DNA of 64,000 nucleotides from Caldisericaceae bacterium (GTDB lineage Bacteria; Caldisericota; Caldisericia; Caldisericales; Caldisericaceae), in assembly GCA_049967855.1 (NCBI GenBank), contig JBMFRX010000001.1, positions 64,001 through 128,000 on the forward strand. Reading direction: 5' to 3'. Position numbers and translations under genes: made by a program. Within the stretch, counting starts at the first letter, position 1. Each line of letters opens with the position of its first letter. Below the pieces are notes generated by a model that worked only from the letters and a program-made list of their open reading frames with translations, made no database searches and was not told where the DNA came from. Shown here in pieces: positions 48,414-56,639 of the stretch.

Positions 48414-51326
48414 TTAGAAGTATTTTTTGCTCAAGTAGAATTGCTTCAAGTTTTCGTTTTTAAAATGTGCAACGACTTGTATTTTTAACTTCTGCAACTC
48501 GGACTCATATAAGGCAACATCATTCTCCTTTTTCAAAATTTGAGCGGCTCTTTTTAACATTTCAAGAGCTTCTCTCCTGAGTTCAAGTTGCACTTTGTCA
48601 AGATTAAATTTATTTAAATCGCTGTACATTAAAGAAATTTCATTGATGCTCTTTTTTGCAATAAAGAGTTCCGTTTTTCTAAGCAAAAGTTGTATTTGTT
48701 CAGCCTCAGTTAGTTGAAGTTTTTGCAATTTCAGGAAAATACTTAGAGCTTTGTCATATAAACCCATCCTCACATAGAGTTTTGCAAGCTCAAGAGTGGC
48801 AGTTTTCCATTCTCTTTCGGCACCAAGTCTCTTGAATATTTTTTGGGCGCTTTTAATGTTTGCTTCAGCTCTTTTCAAATCACCCGTCAGCAAGGTTGCC
48901 ATTCCTATGCCAAGAGCACAGTAACCAATGCCTATTTCGTTCTTGATTGCTTTGTCGATTTTGATTGACCCTTCATAATATTTCAGAGCATCGGCATAAT
49001 CTCCAATTGTAAGATATGTGTCTCCTATGTTGTAGTTTGCAATTGATTCACCGTATTCATTATAAAGCCTTTTGTATTCTTCAAGGGTTTCTTTGAACAT
49101 CTCAAGGCTTTCTTCAATACTCCCTGTCTCCTGTAAGGCAATAGCCATATTGTTCTTTATTGATGTTACTTTCTGTGGGTTGTTCTCCAAAGCAATTGTA
49201 AGGCCTGCTTTCAAGAAACGCAAACTCTCATTGTATTTGTGTTCCTCCAGCAGCAATATGCCTTTTATATTGTAATAGTTTGCAAGAGTTGCTTCATCGC
49301 AACCATCAACGTCGATTTCCTTAAATATCTCTTCTGCCTTGTTATGCTTGCCCTGGGCGTATTGAATCCAGCACATTGAAAGTTTTATTTCCACGGAGGC
49401 ATTCTTGCTGCATTTCTTTTTTAGGGCTGTGTCCAAAATCGCCAGAGATTTGCTGTAGTTTCCTGTTTCCTCATACGCATCTGCTAACTCCTTCAAGAGG
49501 TTGCAATCTTGACTGTTTCTTAGATATTTGTAAGATTCTTCATAAAACTCAATTGCCTCATTTCCTCTATCAATTTTTACCAACAGAGAAATTATTTTTC
49601 GTGCAATCTTGCCTGTAGGTGGGCCATCCTGTACGAGCCCATATATTCTTTTGTAAACTTCAACAGCAGTGAAATAAGACATATTTTTTTCCTCAAACTG
49701 AGCATATTTTGTAAGGTAAGAAATACTTTGCTTCAGCTCTCCCGCAAGCAAAAGATGGTTGGCGACATTTAAATATATCTTTTCGTCTCCTAGCTGCTTT
49801 TCAAGCAAAGCTATCTTTTTGTGCATTAAACGTTTCTGAACGCTTGATAACCTTTGAGTGAGATAGTCACGTACTATAGGATAAGTAAAAAAGATGTAAT
49901 CGTTTTCCTCTCTGAGAATGTTTTTTTCTAAAAGTGATTTGTACTGCACACTGTAGTTAAAACCAAGCTCATCAATTATTCTGTACACAGTAACGCTTGG
50001 AATTTTTTCTTCTTCGAGAGCCAACCATTCTAAGAGTTTTCTTTCGTCGGGTTCTACTGAATTTAAGATAAACTGTGCAATTGAGTCTGTGTTTGCTCTC
50101 ATAAAATCAAAAGTTTTTGACAAGGAAAGTCCGTCCTTTGTTCTAATGAGATTTTTATTTTTCACTAAAGTCTTTACTATGTAGTTTATTAAAAGGGGAA
50201 TGCCTCCGCTGTACTTGTAGACGGTCTCAACAAAATCGCTTGATATCTGCCCGGCTACAAGCAAATCCGAAAGCATAATCTTTGTTTCTTCGAGGTTTAG
50301 TGGCCGCAGCTCTACATTAAATAGATTGACGTTATTCTTAAATAGATGTCCGAATTTCTCCTGTGAGGAGCCCTTGTATATTCCAATTAGGAGAATTTTT
50401 TTATTTTTTATTTTTTCTAGAAATTTAGGTAAGAATTCCAATGAAACTGCATCAATGTAATTGATGTTCTGCAAGGAAATCAGTATAGGTTTCTTTGATG
50501 ACTCTTCAATCAACAATTCTGTAACTATGTTGAAAATAATATCCTCGAATTTTCCTAATTGTTTGAATTTGCTGAAACTATGGATTTTCTGATCAAATTG
50601 AGTTTGCATTTTCTCATTCATAAGATGTTTGAAGAATCCCATTGCTTCTTGCTCATCCTTTACGGTTAAAACGCTTTCTATCACCTCAAAACTCAAAAAT
50701 TTTGCTTGTTCAACAATTGTATTGGCAAAAAATTTCTTTCCAATCCCTTCTGAGCCAGATATAACAAGGAGGCTCCCTTTTGAGTTAAGGGAATCTTTCA
50801 ATTTTGAAAAAGCGAGTTTCTTTTCAATAGACCGACCTGCAAGCCTTGATTTTCCTTTTCTCTCTTCCAAAACTGTTACATTCCCTTGCATTTTGCCTTC
50901 ATACATTTTTTTATCAGCCTTATCTATCAATTTTGCAAAGGACGTGCCATCTTTTGGGAAAATTGCTATACCATAGCTAAAGTCTATTTTGAATGATGCA
51001 AACTCAGTTGAATTTGTCTTTGACAGAAAACGGTTAACTATTTTTGTTGCATTTGTAAGAGAAGTTCTAGGTAAAATGATGATAAACTCGTCTCCGCCAA
51101 ACCTTCCGACAATATCCTCGCTTCTAAAGGATTTATTTAAAAATGAGCCAAACTGGGCAAGCACGATATCCCCAGTACTGTGCCCATGAACGTCATTTAT
51201 GAGTTTGAAGTTATTTAGGTCGATAAAAACAAGGGCAAAAGGAGTCCTATGAGATATTAGTTTATCTACATATCCCTCAATCGCTTCTCGGGTTCTTACG
51301 TTGGTTAAAAAGTCATTTTCTCCCAT
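48414..51326 (-). CDS. GGDEF diguanylate cyclase - degenerate STAND/AAA NTPase - TPR protein
   Basis: DLNNFKLINDVHGH, RSED..GRFGGDEF, ADKKMY; LAGR, GSEGIGKK, LRPL, SGGIPL; C-terminal TPRs. Confidence 0.87.
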   Translation of the reverse strand: MGENDFLTNVRTREAIEGYVDKLISHRTPFALVFIDLNNFKLINDVHGHSTGDIVLAQFGSFLNKSFRSEDIVGRFGGDEFIIILPRTSLTNATKIVNRFLSKTNSTEFASFKIDFSYGIAIFPKDGTSFAKLIDKADKKMYEGKMQGNVTVLEERKGKSRLAGRSIEKKLAFSKLKDSLNSKGSLLVISGSEGIGKKFFANTIVEQAKFLSFEVIESVLTVKDEQEAMGFFKHLMNEKMQTQFDQKIHSFSKFKQLGKFEDIIFNIVTELLIEESSKKPILISLQNINYIDAVSLEFLPKFLEKIKNKKILLIGIYKGSSQEKFGHLFKNNVNLFNVELRPLNLEETKIMLSDLLVAGQISSDFVETVYKYSGGIPLLINYIVKTLVKNKNLIRTKDGLSLSKTFDFMRANTDSIAQFILNSVEPDERKLLEWLALEEEKIPSVTVYRIIDELGFNYSVQYKSLLEKNILREENDYIFFTYPIVRDYLTQRLSSVQKRLMHKKIALLEKQLGDEKIYLNVANHLLLAGELKQSISYLTKYAQFEEKNMSYFTAVEVYKRIYGLVQDGPPTGKIARKIISLLVKIDRGNEAIEFYEESYKYLRNSQDCNLLKELADAYEETGNYSKSLAILDTALKKKCSKNASVEIKLSMCWIQYAQGKHNKAEEIFKEIDVDGCDEATLANYYNIKGILLLEEHKYNESLRFLKAGLTIALENNPQKVTSIKNNMAIALQETGSIEESLEMFKETLEEYKRLYNEYGESIANYNIGDTYLTIGDYADALKYYEGSIKIDKAIKNEIGIGYCALGIGMATLLTGDLKRAEANIKSAQKIFKRLGAEREWKTATLELAKLYVRMGLYDKALSIFLKLQKLQLTEAEQIQLLLRKTELFIAKKSINEISLMYSDLNKFNLDKVQLELRREALEMLKRAAQILKKENDVALYESELQKLKIQVVAHFKNENLKQFYLSKKYF

Positions 51327-51439
51327 TTATTTAATTATAGGCAAATTTCCAAAATGCAAAAGTACTTAGCACTACAGTAACAGAAAAAATATATTGAGAA
51401 TTTGCAAGCAATTTAGTTACTATTTTATCAAAATAAAGC

Positions 51440-51500
51440 TTGTATTTATAGATTAATTTGCTATAATATAGGAGAAGTAAAACTGTGAAAAAATACTCAA
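51440..51500 (+). promoter_or_regulatory. Promoter of nuoE-fdh operon with possible Rex-like site
   Basis: TTGTAT-N16-TATAAT (51440-51467); CTGTGAA-AAAA-TACTCAA (51483-51500) partly matches TTGTGAA-N4-TTCACAA. Confidence 0.5.
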
Positions 51501-51511
51501 AGGAGCGGCAT

Positions 51512-51976
51512 ATGGAAGAAACTAAATTTCCTCAAGTGGATTTGGAAGTCAGAAAATGGGGCGCTAAACCAGAATCGCTGATTCAGGTGTTGCACGGGAC
51601 ACAAGAAAGGATTGGCTACTTGCCAAAAGAGTCTTTAAATTACATAGCTATGAAGTTGAACGTCCCTCTATCGAAAGTCTTTGGTGTTGTTACGTTTTAT
51701 AACTTCTTCAAGACCGAGAAAGACGCCGACCATGTTATTATGACTTGTATGGGCACTGCTTGCTATGTTAAAGGTGGGGAAGAAGTAATCAAAGCTCTTG
51801 AAAATTATCTCGGAATAAAAACAGGTGAGATAACTGCTGATAGAAAATTCTCGTTGCGGATTGTCCGATGTCTTGGAGCATGTGGGCTTGCACCTGTTAT
51901 TTCGGTTGACGGAAAAGACATTTATGGGAAGCTAACTCCCGAAAAGGCAATCGAAGCTGTTAAGAGATACCAATAA
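51512..51976 (+). CDS. NuoE/HydC-like [2Fe-2S] subunit (copy 1)
   Basis: GVVTFY, CMGTAC, CLGAC; start after AGGAG. Confidence 0.92.
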   Translation: MEETKFPQVDLEVRKWGAKPESLIQVLHGTQERIGYLPKESLNYIAMKLNVPLSKVFGVVTFYNFFKTEKDADHVIMTCMGTACYVKGGEEVIKALENYLGIKTGEITADRKFSLRIVRCLGACGLAPVISVDGKDIYGKLTPEKAIEAVKRYQ

Positions 51977-51992
51977 ACAGGATTTTGCTTCT

Positions 51993-52538
51993 GTGAAAGA
52001 GCTTTCTTTGAATGTTCTTGACATAATTGAAAATTCCATTAATGCGAAAGCAAAGAACATTCACATTGTTGTTAATGAAGATGATTCCGTTGACTTGCTT
52101 GAGATTATCATCAAAGATGATGGCGTTGGAATGGACGATGAATTTTTGAAGACTGTTTGTGACCCGTTCACTACCAGTTCGACAAACAAGAAAGTAGGGC
52201 TTGGATTGCCGCTTTTAAAGCAGGAGGCAGAGCTTACAAGCGGAGGCTTGAGAATAAAGAGTAAGAAAGGTATAGGAACAGAAGTGCAGGTCTCTTTCAA
52301 AAAATCTTGTGTTGATACACCACCATTAGGAGACCTTGTCTCTACTATAATCTGCGTATTTGCAACTCATCCTGAGGTAAATTTGTACTATAAACATACC
52401 GTAAATGGGAAGACTTTTGAGATTTCGACAGATCTAATCAGGAAAGAGTGTGGGGACAATTATTGTAACCCTGTCATATTAAAAGGTATTAAGGAATTTT
52501 TTCAAAATAGCATAGAATCATTATATGGAGGTGAATGA
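51993..52538 (+). CDS. Stand-alone HATPase (histidine-kinase-like) protein of hydrogenase-type operons
   Basis: ELSLNVLDIIENS, DDGVGM, DPFTTS, GLGLP. Confidence 0.87.
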   Translation: MKELSLNVLDIIENSINAKAKNIHIVVNEDDSVDLLEIIIKDDGVGMDDEFLKTVCDPFTTSSTNKKVGLGLPLLKQEAELTSGGLRIKSKKGIGTEVQVSFKKSCVDTPPLGDLVSTIICVFATHPEVNLYYKHTVNGKTFEISTDLIRKECGDNYCNPVILKGIKEFFQNSIESLYGGE

Positions 52539-52915
52539 TGGATAAGATAAAGTCCATTGAAGAATTAAGAAGGCTTCGCGAGCACGCCAAAGAGTCTCTA
52601 AAAACTCGTTCGGGAGAAGCAAAGGTAAAGATAATGATTAGCATGGGAACAGTTGGTATTGCAGCTGGAGCAAGGGATGTACTGATGACAATCCTTGAAG
52701 AGCTTGAGAAAAGAGGCTTTACAGATGCACAGATTATTGAAAGAGGCTCTTTGGGACTTGACCAAGAGGAGCCAGTTGTAGCTATAGAGATGGGAGGCGA
52801 CCTGGTTTACTATGGCAAGGTTACCCCAGAGATGGCACGAACGATCATAGCCTCTCATGTTGTTAATGGGCAGATTGTTAGTGATTGGGTAATAGCGAAA
52901 GGAAACAAAAAATGA
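52535..52915 (+). CDS. HndB/HydD-like thioredoxin-fold ferredoxin lacking all Cys
   Basis: ISMGTVGIAAGAR, RGSLGLDQEEP, YGKVT, HVVNG. Confidence 0.83.
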   Translation: MMDKIKSIEELRRLREHAKESLKTRSGEAKVKIMISMGTVGIAAGARDVLMTILEELEKRGFTDAQIIERGSLGLDQEEPVVAIEMGGDLVYYGKVTPEMARTIIASHVVNGQIVSDWVIAKGNKK

Positions 52916-54546
52916 AAATCTTTAGAATTCATGCACTAATTTGTGCTGGTGCCCAGTGCATTGCAGCTGGTGGCAATGGCTTTGAAGATGCTTTGAAACT
53001 TGAGCTCAAAAATCATAATATTGAAGAGGAAATAAGTGTTATTGAAACAGGTTGTATGGGAGCCTGCCAGCTTGGTCCACTCCTTGTGGTTTATCCTGAA
53101 GGCATTATGTATACCAAAGTGAAGCCTGAAGATGCAAAGGAAATTGTGGAGGAACACTTTCTGAAGGGCAGGCCCGTGAAGAGACTTATGTGGAAGTCTG
53201 AAAAAAAAGAACTGCCAAACATATCTGAAATTCCATTTTTTGCTAAGCAGACTAAAATTGTTTTGAGGAACTGCGGTGTTATAAATCCTGAAGACATCAA
53301 TGAATATATCGCAAATGATGGTTATGAAGCGTTATCAAAAGCAATAACAGAAATGGAACCACAGGATGTGATAAAGGTCGTCAAAGATTCCGGCCTTCGC
53401 GGAAGGGGAGGTGCAGGATTTCCAACTGGCTTGAAATGGGAATTTGCGGCAAAGCAGAATTCCGAAGAGAAATACATCATATGCAACGCAGATGAGGGAG
53501 ACCCTGGTGCCTATATGGATAGGTCAGTCCTTGAAGGTGACCCGCATTCTGTACTTGAGGGTATGGAAATTGCAGGTTATGCTATAGGTGCTACAAAAGG
53601 TTTTATCTATGTTAGAGCCGAATACCCCTTAGCAGTTGAAAGGCTGCAGATTGCCATAAAACAGGCTCATGAAGCTGGACTTCTTGGTAAGAATATTCTG
53701 GGGACCAATTTTTCTTTTGACATAGAACTAAGGATGGGAGCAGGTGCTTTTGTATGCGGTGAGGAGACAGCATTAATCAATTCAATAGAGGGTAAACGCG
53801 GTGAGCCTCGAAAGAAACCTCCTTTCCCTGCGGTAAGTGGGCTATTTGGAAAACCTACTGTCATAAATAATGTTGAAACTCTTGCTAACTTGCCTGTTAT
53901 CATTGACAAGGGCGCGCAATTCTTAAGGCAGTTTGGTACTGAGAAGAGCCCTGGGACCAAGGTTTTTGCTCTTGCAGGGAAAGTGAACATTACTGGACTG
54001 GTCGAAGTTCCTCTGGGGACTCCTCTAAGACAGATTGTTTTTGACATCGGCGGAGGCATGCCAGAAGGTCATACTTTTAAAGGGGCTCTCACGGGTGGGC
54101 CTTCAGGTGGAGTTATACCCAAAGAGTATCTCGATGTACCTATGGATTACGAAAACCTACCAGCTCTCGGAACTATTATGGGTTCTGGAGGGCTTATAAT
54201 AATTGATGAAACAAGTTGTATGGTTGATGTGGCAAAGTTCTTCCTGAAGTTTACTGTTGATGAATCTTGTGGCAAGTGTACCCCATGCAGAGAAGGAACG
54301 AGGCAGATGCTTGCTATACTTGAGAGAATTTCGACAGGCAAAGGAAAGGCAGGCGATATTGAGAAGCTTGAAAAGATGGGTGAAATTATAAAGCTCACCT
54401 CTCTATGCGGTCTTGGGCAGACTGCCCCTAATCCAGTGCTAACTACTATAAGATACTTCAGGGATGAGTACACTGCGCACATCGAAAAGAAAGAGTGTCC
54501 TGCTCATGTTTGCAATATGCCAAAAAAAGCTGAAGTTAAAGTATGA
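52912..54546 (+). CDS. NuoF/HydB-like flavoprotein (copy 1, bifurcating-type motifs, no C-terminal ferredoxin)
   Basis: GRGGAGFPTG, ADEGDPGAYMDR, KPPFP, GGPSGG, SCGKCTPC; ends at CPAHVC. Confidence 0.92.
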   Translation: MKIFRIHALICAGAQCIAAGGNGFEDALKLELKNHNIEEEISVIETGCMGACQLGPLLVVYPEGIMYTKVKPEDAKEIVEEHFLKGRPVKRLMWKSEKKELPNISEIPFFAKQTKIVLRNCGVINPEDINEYIANDGYEALSKAITEMEPQDVIKVVKDSGLRGRGGAGFPTGLKWEFAAKQNSEEKYIICNADEGDPGAYMDRSVLEGDPHSVLEGMEIAGYAIGATKGFIYVRAEYPLAVERLQIAIKQAHEAGLLGKNILGTNFSFDIELRMGAGAFVCGEETALINSIEGKRGEPRKKPPFPAVSGLFGKPTVINNVETLANLPVIIDKGAQFLRQFGTEKSPGTKVFALAGKVNITGLVEVPLGTPLRQIVFDIGGGMPEGHTFKGALTGGPSGGVIPKEYLDVPMDYENLPALGTIMGSGGLIIIDETSCMVDVAKFFLKFTVDESCGKCTPCREGTRQMLAILERISTGKGKAGDIEKLEKMGEIIKLTSLCGLGQTAPNPVLTTIRYFRDEYTAHIEKKECPAHVCNMPKKAEVKV

Positions 54547-54570
54547 CGACAACATTTTAAAGGAGGCGAG

Positions 54571-54999
54571 ATGAAAGAACATTCGCTTATTGATAGCTTG
54601 CACGAGCTTCAAGATGCTGACAGGGAGAACTTCATTAAAGGTAAAGATGCCATTTCTGTTGCAAGAAAAAGCAAACTGCCTTTGTCAAAAGTCTACGGGG
54701 TAGCGACGTTCTATACAATGTTTTCCGTATACCCGAGGGGTAAGCATATTATAAGGGTTTGTAATAGTCTTTCTTGTCATATGGCTAAAGCAGAAGACAT
54801 TGTTGAAAAGCTGAAAGAAGTCCTTGGTGTAGAGATGGGAGAAACTACACCTGATAAAGAATTCACGCTTGAAGAGTCAAGCTGCCTCGGGATGTGTTCT
54901 GTTTCTCCTGCTATGATGATTGATGATATGCCTTTTGGAAATCTTTCGACCGATGACATCCCCTTGATACTTGAGAAAGTTAGGGAGGGTAAATTATGA
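54571..54999 (+). CDS. NuoE-like [2Fe-2S] subunit (copy 2)
   Basis: GVATFY, CNSLSC, CLGMC. Confidence 0.92.
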   Translation: MKEHSLIDSLHELQDADRENFIKGKDAISVARKSKLPLSKVYGVATFYTMFSVYPRGKHIIRVCNSLSCHMAKAEDIVEKLKEVLGVEMGETTPDKEFTLEESSCLGMCSVSPAMMIDDMPFGNLSTDDIPLILEKVREGKL

Positions 55000-56639
55000 A
55001 GATTGTCAGGACACATGTTCTTGTTGCAGAGGACACTAAAAGTATTCTTAAAGGAGCCAAGGAGATAGAAGAACAGCTTAACAGAGCTATAAGAGACGCA
55101 GGTCTTGAAAATGAGATACTGGTCACTCCAACAGGAAGCCTCGGTTATGAAGATGTTGGAGTAGCAGTAGCGGTTTACCCTGAGGGAATAATCTATGTGC
55201 CTGTTACCAAGGGCAACATCAAAGAAATCGTGACAGAGCATTTTTTGAAGGGACGCGTTGTTGAAAGACTTGCAAAGAAGATAGAATCGACTTCTGTAAA
55301 GCTTGGAGTTACTAAGTCAGAACAGATAATCTCAACACAGGTAAGAGTTGTCTTGAGAAATGTAGGTATGATAAATCCAGAAAGCATTGATGAATATATT
55401 GCAAGAGATGGGTATACAGCACTTGAAAAAGCTATCTCAAAAGGTCCACAGTGGACTCTCGATGAGGTCAAGAATTCAGAACTTAGAGGTCGAGGTGGTG
55501 CTGGTTTCCCAACGGGGAAAAAATGGGAATTCACTGCTAAAGCAAATAGCACGACTAAATTCTTGATTTGCAATGCAGATGAAGGGGAACCAGGGACTTT
55601 TAAGGATAGGGAAATAATGGAAGGGGATCCGCATTCTCTGATTGAGGGGATGATTATTGCAGCATTTGCAACAGGCTGTACTTACGGATACATCTACATT
55701 AGAGGTGAATATGACCTTTCTATCAAGCGTCTCGAAAAAGCCATTATCGATGCAAAAGCGCTCGGTTTACTGGGAGAAGATATCCTTGGAAGCGGGCTCT
55801 CCTTTGATATTGAAATCAAGAAAGGAGCAGGTGCGTATATTTGTGGTGAAGAAACAGCTCTAATCGAATCAATCGAAGGTCATCGTGGAGAACCACGCAA
55901 AAAGCCTCCATATCCTCCAACTTTCGGATTATGGGGAAAGCCAACTGTCATTAACAATGTGGAAACGCTTGCAAATATACCTCCAATCATTGCTAATGGA
56001 GCAGAGTGGTTTAAAACAATTGGTGTTCCTGGAACCTATGGAACGAAACTCTTTAGTCTTATGGGTGATGTGAATTGGAAAGGTGTTATAGAGATTCCTT
56101 TTGGCACGCCGCTTTCTTACATAGTGAATGATTTAGGAGGAGGCGTCAAGGACGGCAAGGCTCTGAAGGGCATAATACTTGGAGGAGTTTCAGGGAGTCT
56201 TATAACTCCATCTAAACTTGATACTCCAGTTGACTTCAATTCTCTTGCACTTATTGAAGCAGGTCCTGGTTCGGGTGCAATAATTGTAATGGACGAAAGA
56301 CGTTGCATTGTTGATATTATGAAGAACATTGCGTATTTTTTCAGGCATGAAAGTTGCGGAAAGTGCACTCCGTGTAGAGTTGGTACTGAGGAACTGTATG
56401 CAATGATAGATGGCATATCAAAAGGTCGCGGCGACTTGAAAGATCTTGACAAAATCAAGAGCTTAGGTCAAGATATGAATCTAACATCTTTTTGTCCTTT
56501 GGGGCAGACTGCGCCTAACATAATTCTTCAGTCAATAAGAGAATTTAAGCAAGAGTGGCTTGAGCATATTAAAGACAAGAAATGCAGAGCAAATGTATGT
56601 AAATTTGAACCGATTGAAGAGGAGGTCTTAGATGAGTGA
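54996..56639 (+). CDS. NuoF-like flavoprotein (copy 2, non-bifurcating-type motifs)
   Basis: ADEGEPGTFKDR, KPPYP, GGVSG, SCGKCTPC; N-terminal Trx-like domain without Cys. Confidence 0.92.
   Translation: MKIVRTHVLVAEDTKSILKGAKEIEEQLNRAIRDAGLENEILVTPTGSLGYEDVGVAVAVYPEGIIYVPVTKGNIKEIVTEHFLKGRVVERLAKKIESTSVKLGVTKSEQIISTQVRVVLRNVGMINPESIDEYIARDGYTALEKAISKGPQWTLDEVKNSELRGRGGAGFPTGKKWEFTAKANSTTKFLICNADEGEPGTFKDREIMEGDPHSLIEGMIIAAFATGCTYGYIYIRGEYDLSIKRLEKAIIDAKALGLLGEDILGSGLSFDIEIKKGAGAYICGEETALIESIEGHRGEPRKKPPYPPTFGLWGKPTVINNVETLANIPPIIANGAEWFKTIGVPGTYGTKLFSLMGDVNWKGVIEIPFGTPLSYIVNDLGGGVKDGKALKGIILGGVSGSLITPSKLDTPVDFNSLALIEAGPGSGAIIVMDERRCIVDIMKNIAYFFRHESCGKCTPCRVGTEELYAMIDGISKGRGDLKDLDKIKSLGQDMNLTSFCPLGQTAPNIILQSIREFKQEWLEHIKDKKCRANVCKFEPIEEEVLDE

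Noticed and set aside
51512..56639. Respiratory complex I or an [FeFe]-hydrogenase
   Set aside because: No membrane Nuo subunits and no H-cluster motifs anywhere in the window.
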